Source: an uncultured Bacilli bacterium (GTDB taxonomy: Bacteria > Bacillota_I > Bacilli_A > RFN20 > CAG-288). Taken from it: a stretch of 64,000 nucleotides of DNA. Of this stretch, positions 47,991-56,846 are shown piece after piece (within the stretch, counting starts at the first letter, position 1; each line of letters opens with the position of its first letter). Made by a program: the position numbers and the translations under genes. The notes under the pieces are model-generated. The model saw only the letters and a list, made by a program, of their open reading frames with translations. It was not told the DNA's origin and searched no databases. The DNA lies in assembly GCA_963544395.1 (NCBI GenBank), contig CAUUFA010000001.1, forward strand, positions 66,626-130,625, written 5' to 3'.

Positions 47991-48803
47991 CTACATGATC
48001 TGCGTACGGAAAATCTTCTCGAATTCATCCGTCTTGACGTTGTCCATGATTCCGGCATGGGCGATCGTGATGCGACCCGTCTCCTCCGAAACGACGATGG
48101 TGATGGCATCCGTGATCTCGGAGATGCCTAAGGCCGCTCTGTGCCTGGCACCGAATTTACCGACGATCGCTTTTGTCGACGGCGGATAGTAGACGGCAGC
48201 GGCGACGATGGTGTCCTCTTTGATGATGATGGCACCGTCATGAAGCCTTGTTCCTTCATAGAAGATCGTCTCGACGATCTCCGGGGTGAAGGGGCAGTTG
48301 ATGACCGTTCCGCTCTTGATGAAATCATCTAAGGGGGTGTCTCTTTCAAACGTGATCAGAGCACCGACCTTGTTGGTGGATAACCAGTTGACCGCCGTGA
48401 CGACGGATTGGATCAGCTTTTCTTTATCGAAGGCGGCTTTCTTCTTCTCATTGACCTGATTCTTGCCAGCCTTTAAAGGCTTGGCGATGTACTGCCTGAG
48501 CACACCGGAATTGATGAATAAGAAGATGATGGCAGAGCCGACGAAGATGATGATTGAGGTCAGTCGCAGCATCGGAAGTCCTAGGATAGAGGCGAATAAG
48601 AACAGGACATCGCAGATGAAGAAGACGATATAGACACAAGCGCGTCTGATCTGGAAAGAGATGAAGGCAGACAGCGTGAGCAGAAGGAAAGCGGAAACCG
48701 CAAAATCCGTCACGTTCTTGCCGTTCTGAAAGTACTCTTCCATCGTTTTGATCGGTGAGGTATCGGCGCTGATAAGCCCAGCCAGGCTATAGAAATGATT
48801 CAT
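47991..48803 (-). CDS. cdaA: diadenylate cyclase CdaA (membrane-bound)
   Basis: Three N-terminal TM helices and a DAC domain (GALITFE, HDGAIII, GARHRAALGISE, VVSEETG). Confidence 0.9.
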   Translation of the reverse strand: MNHFYSLAGLISADTSPIKTMEEYFQNGKNVTDFAVSAFLLLTLSAFISFQIRRACVYIVFFICDVLFLFASILGLPMLRLTSIIIFVGSAIIFLFINSGVLRQYIAKPLKAGKNQVNEKKKAAFDKEKLIQSVVTAVNWLSTNKVGALITFERDTPLDDFIKSGTVINCPFTPEIVETIFYEGTRLHDGAIIIKEDTIVAAAVYYPPSTKAIVGKFGARHRAALGISEITDAITIVVSEETGRITIAHAGIMDNVKTDEFEKIFRTQIM

Positions 48804-48883
48804 CGTTCAGCAATTTTCTTTCTTGTTCCAAGTAGTATACTTTTTCACCATTATGATTAAAAGTATCAAAGTGAAGAATTCTG

Positions 48884-50545
48884 TCATTCTTCCTGAATCC
48901 GAAGGAAGGATGTCACATCATCTGGAATCGTTCTGAAATCCGGAATAATCTCATGGACTTCCTTCATCTGCTCTACCCGCTTTCTTCTTTCTTCCTCCTC
49001 TACAGCGATGAGCATTCTGACTTTGGCACCATAGGCGCTCTTGATTCCAGAGACAGAATCCTCAAAGACGATCGTCTCATTTCCGGAAACGCCTAAAGCA
49101 CGAAGCGCTCTCTCATAGATCATCGGATGCGGCTTTCCCTTTGTGAGCGTCCCGTCATCATAGACGATCTGATTGAGCGGAAACCACTTTTCCAAATGGA
49201 AGGTGCGAAGATACCAGTCGACGTTGGGTTTCATGCTGGCTGTCGCGATGCCGATTTTGATACCGTGAGCACAGAGCCGATCCAAAAATTCCGGTAAGCC
49301 ATCGACAAGATGAAGATGCTCTTCATCCTCTTCACAGATGCGTTGATAACAGAGCTCTTTCTCCTCTGCCAATTTAGCAACCTCAGCCTTCGTGAACTCG
49401 TGCCCGGCAAGAAAAGTGAGGATATCGTCATTGTTATGCCCGTGGATATGCTTAGTAAAATCCTCATCAGCGATCTCGACACCGAACTTTTCCTTGGCGA
49501 ATCTCCGCCAGGAGATGACATGTTTCTCCTCATCGAAAAACATCGTTCCATTGAAATCAAATATGACCGCTCTCTGTTCATTCATCTGCAAGTCGCTCCT
49601 TGTGTTATAGGCTTTCGGAAAGCATTTCTGATACGTCTCTTTCAGGTCCTCAAAGCTGACGTGAGTATAAACGGAAGTCGTCTTGATGGAAGCGTGGCCA
49701 AGAAGCTCCTGAATCTCCCGTAAATCCATCCCGTTGTTGAGGAGCTCGGTCGCAAACGAGTGACGGAGCATATGGGGATGTACTTTCAGCGTGAAACCGG
49801 ATTTCTGCGCAGCCTCGGTGACAAGGTACTCGAGTCCTCTCTCGGTTAGCTTTCCTCCCCGTGAGTTCAGAAACACATAGCCTTCATCGTTTTCCGGATT
49901 CGGAAGAAGCAGAGGCCGGATTTCAGAAAGATAAACGCCAAGGGCCGCATCCGCAGTCTTCGAGAAAGGGACGATCCTCTCCTTCTTCCCTTTGCCGAGC
50001 ACTCTCATCAATCTCATTTTCCGATCGACATCCTGAAGCTTCAGATGAATCAGTTCGCTGGCTCGAAGGCCCGAGGCGAAAAGAAGCTCCAGCACCGCCT
50101 GATCCCTGTCCCTAAGTGAGTCCTTCCTCTCCTTGTTCCCGTCGAGGAACTGACAGACTTCCTGATAGCTCAGAAAGCGAGGAAGCTTCTTCGTCTGCTT
50201 GGGAGAGCGGAGCATCTCAAAAGGATTGGTCACGTAGCCTTTCGTAGCGACCAGGTAACGGTAAAACGCCCGACAGCCGCTTAACCTTCGCTTGATGCTG
50301 CTTGCCTGGATGCCTTCTCTTCGCATCTCGACCAGAAAGAGGTTGAGCGTATCCCGCTCCACCATAGCCCGGTTGAGATTATGCTTTTTCAGGAAGAGAA
50401 GGAACGAGGCGGCATCCCGCCCGTAGTTCAAAGCCGTCTTCTCGGAATAGCCTTTGGCGGCAAGAAGATACTGCTGAAAATCGAAAAGATCGTTGTCGTT
50501 GATAAGGTGGATGATGTCCTTAGACTGCTCTTGGGGTTGCTTCAT
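48884..50545 (-). CDS. xerC: XerC/CodV-type tyrosine recombinase fused in frame to a HAD-IA hydrolase domain
   Basis: N-terminal about 310 aa carry the full catalytic set (GLRASE, HMLRHSFAT, LLGHASIKTTSVYTHV). The C-terminal about 230 aa carry HAD motifs (FDFNGT, KGKPHP, FEDSVSG). No stop between them. Confidence 0.8.
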   Translation of the reverse strand: MKQPQEQSKDIIHLINDNDLFDFQQYLLAAKGYSEKTALNYGRDAASFLLFLKKHNLNRAMVERDTLNLFLVEMRREGIQASSIKRRLSGCRAFYRYLVATKGYVTNPFEMLRSPKQTKKLPRFLSYQEVCQFLDGNKERKDSLRDRDQAVLELLFASGLRASELIHLKLQDVDRKMRLMRVLGKGKKERIVPFSKTADAALGVYLSEIRPLLLPNPENDEGYVFLNSRGGKLTERGLEYLVTEAAQKSGFTLKVHPHMLRHSFATELLNNGMDLREIQELLGHASIKTTSVYTHVSFEDLKETYQKCFPKAYNTRSDLQMNEQRAVIFDFNGTMFFDEEKHVISWRRFAKEKFGVEIADEDFTKHIHGHNNDDILTFLAGHEFTKAEVAKLAEEKELCYQRICEEDEEHLHLVDGLPEFLDRLCAHGIKIGIATASMKPNVDWYLRTFHLEKWFPLNQIVYDDGTLTKGKPHPMIYERALRALGVSGNETIVFEDSVSGIKSAYGAKVRMLIAVEEEERRKRVEQMKEVHEIIPDFRTIPDDVTSFLRIQEE

Positions 50546-50567
50546 ACTTCAATTCTACCGAATTCCG

Positions 50568-50611
50568 AAGAAAAAGAAAATGCGCCGAGCCTCTTTTCCA
50601 GGCTAGGCGCA
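50568..50611 (-). terminator. terminator after topA
   Basis: On the minus strand: TGCGCC-T-AGCCT...AGGCT-C-GGCGCA stem followed by TTTTCTTTTTC, 8 nt after the topA stop. Confidence 0.7.
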
Positions 50612-50618
50612 GGAAACA

Positions 50619-52739
50619 TCACTTCTTGTCGTTCTGATCTTTCTGAATATAGTGGCACTTCGGATAGTTGGAGCAGCCGATGAACGTCTTGCCCCAACGG
50701 GATTTCTTTTCGATCAGATGACCGGTGTGGCACCTGGGACAAATAGGTGCATCCTCGGGAATGACAACTTCTTTCTTCTCCTGGGTCAAGGGCTGACCGT
50801 CGAGAGATTCCATATAGTTGCAGCTCGGATAGCCGGAACAACCGATGAAATCGCCTTTCTTTCCATTGCGGCGCACGAGAGGCTTGCCACACTTCGGGCA
50901 GACTCTGCCTTCGATAACCTGCGGTTTTTCCTTCTCGATATAATCGCACTTCGGATAGTTGGAGCAACCGATGAAATCACCATACTTTCCGCGTCTGACC
51001 ACCAGCGGAGAACCGCACTTCGGGCAGACTCTACCTTCGACGATCTTCGGCTGGATCTTCTCCATGTTCTTTTCGGCAGCGGCGAAGTAATTCTGGAACT
51101 CGCCCCAGAAGTCAGAGAGCAGCGTGACTTTGTCCGTCTTTCCTTCGGCGATGCTATCGAGGGCATTCTCGACATTAGCTGTATAGGTGACATCCATATA
51201 CTTCGGGAAGTTTTCAACAAGTTTCTCTTCCGTCATCACACCCTGCTCGGTCGGAACCAAGGACCCCTTCTGAGATTCGACATAATCGCGGGTGAGAAGG
51301 GTAGAGATCGTGGAGGCGTAGGTCGATGGTCTTCCGATGCCGTTATCCTGCATCAGCTTGACGACCTTACCTTCATTGTAACGGGCAGGCGCCTTGGTGA
51401 AGTGCTGTTCCTTGGAGACCCCCTTCTTCACCAGCCTGTCTCCCTTCTTGAAGTCAGGAAGAGAGACCTTCTCGTTCTTCTCTTCATATTTTCCATAGAC
51501 CTTGTGGTAACCTTCGAAGAGGTTGGCCGAGGAAGAAGCGGAGAAATCATAATCATCTCCGGTGATGACAAGGGTCGTGACGCTATCCCGCTTTGCAGAC
51601 ATCAGGGAGGCTAACGCCCGGTCATAGATCAAGGAGTAGAGCTTGAACTCGTCGTTGGACAGATACTCTTTGACTCGGGCAGGAGTCATCTGAATATCGG
51701 TAGGACGGATCGCTTCATGCGCATCCTGAACATTCTTATCCGCCTTCTGCATATGGACATAGCCCACATAGTCTTTGCCGTAGTTCTGGGTGATGTAGCC
51801 GTGCGCAGCAGAGATGAACTCCTCCGCAAGACGGGTAGAATCGGTTCTCATATATGTGATGAGACCCATCGACTGGCCTTCGATCTCCTCACCTTCATAG
51901 AGGTGCTGAGCGATCGATTGCGTCCTGCGCGTGGAGAAATGGAACTGTGAGAATGAAGCCTGCTGCAAGGTGGAGGTGATGAAGGGCGGGCGCGGCTCAT
52001 GCCGCACCTCCTCACATTTGACATTCTTGACAACAAAGGTGTCCGGAAGCTCAGAAAGAACGTGGTCAGCTTCCGTTTCGTTATGAATCTGGATCGGCTT
52101 GTCCTGATACTGACTTAAAGCCGCTTTGAGAACACCGTCGCCGGATGCAAACTCGCCTTGAATGGTCCAATACTCCACCGGAACGAAGGCCTTGATCTCC
52201 TTCTCACGGTCGACGATGAATTTAAGGACAACAGATTGGACGCGGCCTGCGCTTCTGCTCTTGATCTTCTTCTGAAGCAGATAAGAAAGTCTATATCCCA
52301 TCAATCGATCGATGATACGACGGGTTTCCTGAGACTCAACAAGCTCCATATCGATGGTTCTCGGATTGGCGAGGGCTTTGAGGATCGCCGGCTTGGTGAT
52401 CTCGTGGAACTCCAGCCTTTGGGTCGTCTCTACATCGAGCCCCAAAACCTGAGCCAAATGCCAGGAAATCGCCTCTCCTTCACGGTCAGGGTCGGTTGCA
52501 AGAAAGACCTCATCTGCCTTTTTCACGGCAGCTTTCAGCTCTTTGACTGTCGTCTGCTTGTCGGGAGAGATCTCATACGTCGGCTTGAATCCGTCTTCGA
52601 CATCGACGCCAAGCCCCATCGGTCCACGGCTGGCAAGATCGCGGATATGGCCTTTGGAGGCCATAACCTTATAATCTTTTCCTAAGAATTTGCCGATCGT
52701 CTGGCTTTTGTGAGGAGATTCAACAATGATCAGTTTCAT
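50619..52739 (-). CDS. topA: DNA topoisomerase I
   Basis: TOPRIM start KLIIVESP, active-site region GLITYMRTDS, three C-terminal CxxC..CxxxxxC zinc ribbons. Confidence 0.95.
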   Translation of the reverse strand: MKLIIVESPHKSQTIGKFLGKDYKVMASKGHIRDLASRGPMGLGVDVEDGFKPTYEISPDKQTTVKELKAAVKKADEVFLATDPDREGEAISWHLAQVLGLDVETTQRLEFHEITKPAILKALANPRTIDMELVESQETRRIIDRLMGYRLSYLLQKKIKSRSAGRVQSVVLKFIVDREKEIKAFVPVEYWTIQGEFASGDGVLKAALSQYQDKPIQIHNETEADHVLSELPDTFVVKNVKCEEVRHEPRPPFITSTLQQASFSQFHFSTRRTQSIAQHLYEGEEIEGQSMGLITYMRTDSTRLAEEFISAAHGYITQNYGKDYVGYVHMQKADKNVQDAHEAIRPTDIQMTPARVKEYLSNDEFKLYSLIYDRALASLMSAKRDSVTTLVITGDDYDFSASSSANLFEGYHKVYGKYEEKNEKVSLPDFKKGDRLVKKGVSKEQHFTKAPARYNEGKVVKLMQDNGIGRPSTYASTISTLLTRDYVESQKGSLVPTEQGVMTEEKLVENFPKYMDVTYTANVENALDSIAEGKTDKVTLLSDFWGEFQNYFAAAEKNMEKIQPKIVEGRVCPKCGSPLVVRRGKYGDFIGCSNYPKCDYIEKEKPQVIEGRVCPKCGKPLVRRNGKKGDFIGCSGYPSCNYMESLDGQPLTQEKKEVVIPEDAPICPRCHTGHLIEKKSRWGKTFIGCSNYPKCHYIQKDQNDKK

Positions 52740-52771
52740 AAGCACACACCTTCTTCCATTAAATCTGAACT

Positions 52772-52800
52772 ATTATTCCGACCCTCTTGCCGTTTGTCAA
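52772..52800 (-). promoter_or_regulatory. topA promoter
   Basis: On the minus strand: TTGACA, 17-nt spacer, AATAAT. Confidence 0.5.
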
Positions 52801-52844
52801 GCGATGAATCTTACCTTACCTATGGTAAGAATATTTTTCTCCTC

Positions 52845-53643
52845 TCAGTCTAAGGAGTCGTACCTCGATTTTACTGAATCATAGATATCTTTTACACTCA
52901 GAATTGGGGTAGCGCCAAGCGAGATCAGAGAGTTTGTCAGATCATCCCCAGTGACATTGCAGGGAAGTGCCAGAACATCTTTGTTGTTGTCCAAGGCGTA
53001 ATTCACCGTCGAACTGGTTCCGGATACATTTTTTCCTCCTCCGACAAAGAGGACTTCCGAAAGAGCAGCCAGAATGCGGTTCCGAAAGACGAAATGGTCA
53101 GGTAAAGGCGGTGTGGTATTCGGATACTCTGAAAGGATGAGACCTTTTCCGGATTTGCAGTAAAGGTAGATATCCTGATTTCGGGAAGGATAGGGTTTGT
53201 CGATTCCTGACCCGGCAATCACGATGATCGGAGCACCAAGCGACATCGCTGCACGAAGGGCTGCGGAATCTAATCCGATCGCCATTCCTGAAACAATGAC
53301 AAGATCCTTATCAAACAATCCCTCAGCTTCCTGAATCAGGCTGTAGGTCTTATCGTTCTGATAGAGGGTCGGTGTTTGTGCCCACACAGGTCAATCGATA
53401 CTTCTTCTTCAGAAGCTGAAGGTCACCATAATAATATAAGAGGAAAGGAGGCTGATAGCCTCTCGTCAGTCCAACAGGGTAGTCGGGATCCAAAAGGGTG
53501 AGGAAATTGCACTGGATGCGCTGATACGACTCGGCTACCTCTTCCGAATCCAAAGGTTCCTTGACTTTGATGCTGGCAAACATCTTATCCCAGGCCCCAT
53601 CGTGCTTGAGAGATAGGCACAGAAGAATATCTCGTGGCGTCAT
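52845..53643 (-). pseudogene. dprA: DNA processing protein DprA, interrupted by a frameshift
   Basis: ORFs 53350..53664 (...LTCVGTNTDPLSER*) and 52845..53387 (WAQTPTLYQ...SGMAIGLDSAA...FVFRNRILAALS) together make one DprA. The frames switch near the GTGTGGGCAC run at about 53375-53390. Confidence 0.7.
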
Positions 53644-53687
53644 AAAAAAGTCTCCTTTACCCAACCATTGTCAGGAAGGAAAGATTT

Positions 53688-54338
53688 TTACGATTCAAAG
53701 AGAGACATCTGTTTGATTCCGAGCACCATGCTCTTGATCGGTTCGAAGGATTTCCGGTGAACGCCTTCCACATAGCCGTACTTTTCCAAGGCATCGAGAT
53801 GCGCTTTCGTCCCATAGCCTTTGTTTTTCTTAAACTGATAGATCGGATAACGTTTATCCAATTCCATCATATAGTCATCCCTCGTCACCTTGGCCAGGAT
53901 CGAAGCGGCAGCCACACAGATTGATGTTCCATCTCCTTTGGCAATCGCTAAAGTCGGGATTTCCGAATGAAGCTTCATATAGTCCGTGATCAGATAATCA
54001 ACATGAATTTTTTTCTGAATTTCCTGTAGGCAGTTCTCCATTCCTTTCCGATCGGCTTCGAGGATGTTGATCTCATCGATCACCTCCACCGGAACAAGCG
54101 TGACTGAATAAGCGATAGCATGATCGATAATATCTTTGAAGAGGATGCGTCTTTCACGATCTGTCAGCTTCTTCGAGTCGTTGATCAGATCGTTCTGATA
54201 ATCTTCGGGGAGAACACAGCCCGCTGCGGCAACTGGACCGGCTAAAGGTCCTCTTCCTGCCTCATCAAATCCAGCGATGACGTGGACGTCATTATCCTCT
54301 CTGACCTTCTGATCAAACCGGAAAAGACTGCTAGACAT
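53688..54338 (-). CDS. rnhB: ribonuclease HII
   Basis: GFDEAGRGPLAGPV catalytic motif. 216 aa. Confidence 0.9.
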   Translation of the reverse strand: MSSSLFRFDQKVREDNDVHVIAGFDEAGRGPLAGPVAAAGCVLPEDYQNDLINDSKKLTDRERRILFKDIIDHAIAYSVTLVPVEVIDEINILEADRKGMENCLQEIQKKIHVDYLITDYMKLHSEIPTLAIAKGDGTSICVAAASILAKVTRDDYMMELDKRYPIYQFKKNKGYGTKAHLDALEKYGYVEGVHRKSFEPIKSMVLGIKQMSLFES

Positions 54339-55182
54339 CTAACGATACCCTCCCTAACGTTCCGTCGCGGAATTCTTTGAGAAGAAGCAGTCTGGCTCGC
54401 TCTGTGTCAAGCAAGTTTCCGCTTGTTATCAGATGACGGTTCTCTGCAATTTTCTCAAAGACTTCCTCATCGGATACATCTAAAGAAACTTGGTATCTAT
54501 CTTTTAGATTGGTTGGATAATGTTGCTTCATAAAATCAAGGAGATAATCGCTCAATGCAACAAGAGGAAGGATCTCCTGCTTCACCGATCCAAGCATGGC
54601 GAGCTTGGCGATGATATTCTTATCCTCGTAATTCGGTTCAAGGATACCAGGAGCATCAAAGACATAAACTTTGTCAGAGACATGGATCAATGTCTCCGCC
54701 CTGGTTTTACCCGGTCTGTTTTCCACCGCCGCTTTCTTTTTGCCGGATATTGAATTGATAAAAGTCGATTTCCCGACATTGGGAATGCCTAAGACGATAA
54801 ACCGTTTGATCGGAAGCGGAAAGCCAAGCCGCTGATACTTCTCGTCCTGACTCGTTTTCACCTGAGTCAGATAACGAAGAAGATCCTTGCCGGCTCTCCG
54901 ATCTCTCAGATCATAAGCGAAAGTTTTGATACCTTTTGCTTCCAAGATTGTCAGTTGCTTCTGAAAGATAATCGGATCGGCTAAATCGATTTTAGAGAAG
55001 ACAAAAACCTTCACTTTGTTTTCCGTGATTCGGTCAAGATAATCCGGAAAAGAAGAGAGCGGGGCTCTGGCGTCTCCGATCTCAATCACACCGTCGCACT
55101 GCTTCAGCTTATCCTGAATCCGGCGCATCGCTTTCTGCATATGTCCCGGAAACCAGTTGATCTCATTGATTGTGTTCTGCAT
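54331..55182 (-). CDS. rbgA: ribosome biogenesis GTPase A (YlqF/RbgA)
   Basis: Circularly permuted GTPase: WFPGHM, NKIDL-like SKIDL, GIPNVGKST, DAPG. Confidence 0.9.
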   Translation of the reverse strand: MQNTINEINWFPGHMQKAMRRIQDKLKQCDGVIEIGDARAPLSSFPDYLDRITENKVKVFVFSKIDLADPIIFQKQLTILEAKGIKTFAYDLRDRRAGKDLLRYLTQVKTSQDEKYQRLGFPLPIKRFIVLGIPNVGKSTFINSISGKKKAAVENRPGKTRAETLIHVSDKVYVFDAPGILEPNYEDKNIIAKLAMLGSVKQEILPLVALSDYLLDFMKQHYPTNLKDRYQVSLDVSDEEVFEKIAENRHLITSGNLLDTERARLLLLKEFRDGTLGRVSLDV

Positions 55183-55393
55183 AGCAATAAGATACTTTAT
55201 CCCCTTTTGATTTTCAATGAATCAGAGGTCTGTGTGACCGATAAAATATCAGCCTTTTCTCAATAAAAAGAAGGAATCTGACATCCTTTCATTCTGGATG
55301 GTTTGATTAAAAACAGAAAAATTTCTAACGCTTTATCTTTAAACTATGTTATCTTTTCAATAGAATTGATAAAAGATTAAGGAGTGTATAGTA

Positions 55394-55765
55394 ATGAAAC
55401 TAAAAGAAAACCTCAGATTCCTTCGGAAAAAGTCAGGCCTGACCCAAGCGGAACTTGCCAAGAAGATGCACATCCAACAATACAATATTTCCGATTATGA
55501 AATCGGACGGATTGAACCGAATATCCAGACCCTCCTTCGTTTTGCTGACATCTTCAACGTCTCCGTCGATTTCCTTGTCGGAAGGAAAACAAAAGGCATC
55601 CACGAAGAGAACGAAGAGAACGTCAACGGCTATATCCATAACATGCAGATCGACAAGCATCTCATCACCATCAACGATGCCATCAAAGATCTGCCGGACG
55701 ATGAGAAGAAAAAAGTTGCCGACTCAGTCCTCTTCTTAGTTCAGACCTTCGAAAAACAAAAATGA
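55394..55765 (+). CDS. XRE-family helix-turn-helix protein
   Basis: LRFLRKKSGLTQAELAKKMHIQQYNISDYEIGRIEPNIQTLLRFADIF HTH_3 pattern. AAGGAG RBS. Confidence 0.75.
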   Translation: MKLKENLRFLRKKSGLTQAELAKKMHIQQYNISDYEIGRIEPNIQTLLRFADIFNVSVDFLVGRKTKGIHEENEENVNGYIHNMQIDKHLITINDAIKDLPDDEKKKVADSVLFLVQTFEKQK

Positions 55766-55796
55766 CAGAAATGACGGACCATCGGTCCGTCATTTT

Positions 55797-56303
55797 TTAA
55801 GCAACGCATCGTTCCTTGATAAAGCCTTTGACCTCATCAGGAAGGATGCCTAGCGCCAAGGACATCTCGTTGTCAAAAAGGTCTGTCAGATTGTTCAATA
55901 GCCTCTTATCGAAGTCAGAGAAGGGCTTATTGAGCTTCTGACGTGTCTCCCGGTATTCAGAGAGCGTCTTGATCACCCGGCAGATTTCTTTTCGGTCTCC
56001 CTGAGAGACGATCTTTGTGAAAAACACTTTTCTCTCCCTTGGATTCACATCCGGAAAGGCCTCTAAATCATCCAAAGAATCAATCAGATTCAAAGCCTCT
56101 TCTTTCGTCATAACTGGACGGAGAATATCCTCCGCTTTCTCCGAAGGAACATAAAGCCTGTATCCTTCATTGAAATAATATTCAAAGCAAGGACGCATCA
56201 GCAGATACTGTGATATGCCATCACCGAAATCCTTTCCCACAATCGATTCCACCTCAAAAATGTGACCATTGCGGTCAATCGCCTTATCACCGATCTGAAA
56301 CAT
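55797..56303 (-). CDS. CarD/CdnL-family transcriptional regulator
   Basis: MFQIGDKAIDRNGHIFEVESI Tudor-like RNAP-interaction start, 168 aa. Extended -10 TGGTATAAT upstream (56399-56407). Confidence 0.7.
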   Translation of the reverse strand: MFQIGDKAIDRNGHIFEVESIVGKDFGDGISQYLLMRPCFEYYFNEGYRLYVPSEKAEDILRPVMTKEEALNLIDSLDDLEAFPDVNPRERKVFFTKIVSQGDRKEICRVIKTLSEYRETRQKLNKPFSDFDKRLLNNLTDLFDNEMSLALGILPDEVKGFIKERCVA

Positions 56304-56556
56304 GCTGATACCTCCTCATATCTGATCCAAGTCATAAAAGCACAGAAAAACAATGAATAATCATAAGTTTTCCGAGATTATGGCTTAATAGCGATTACAT
56401 TATACCAAATTCGCTCTGCTTTTGTAAGACCAGGCAGAGAGAATCATGTGATTTATTATTCTATGAAAACAATTGCGTTCAATAATAAAGATACAAATGT
56501 ACGATTTTTAAGAAAGCGTCCAGGTGAGCTAGTTTTCCCCCTGGGACATTCAGTAT

Positions 56557-56584
56557 TTAAAAAAGGTCTCACGAGAAGACCTCT
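56557..56584 (-). terminator. terminator after tRNA-Ser
   Basis: On the minus strand: AGGTCT-TCTCGTG-AGACCT followed by TTTTTT. Confidence 0.6.
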
Positions 56585-56630
56585 TTAATCGACTTTGAAG
56601 CAGATGACAGCAAAGTCTTAGTGACAAAAT

Positions 56631-56721
56631 GGCGGAGCCGGAGAGATTTGAACTCTCGCTGCGATTGCTCGCACTAAGTCCTTAGCAGGGACTCCTCTTC
56701 ACCAACTTGAGTACGGCTCCA
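56631..56721 (-). tRNA. tRNA-Ser (anticodon GCU), CCA encoded
   Basis: 91 nt folded by hand: acceptor GGAGCCG/CGGCTCC, 3-bp D stem, anticodon loop CTGCTAA, long variable arm (TGCGA/TCGCA), T-loop GAGAGTTCAAATCTCTC, discriminator G. Confidence 0.95.
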
Positions 56722-56846
56722 CAAGCTTATTTATTATCGTTTTTTTCGCTCAGATAGTCAAGATTTAATCCAAAACGAAAGCGGGAGCCGCTCGAAAGCC
56801 CGCTTTAAAACAAAGCCTTCGAGCAGCTCCCAAATACAGCAACTAA

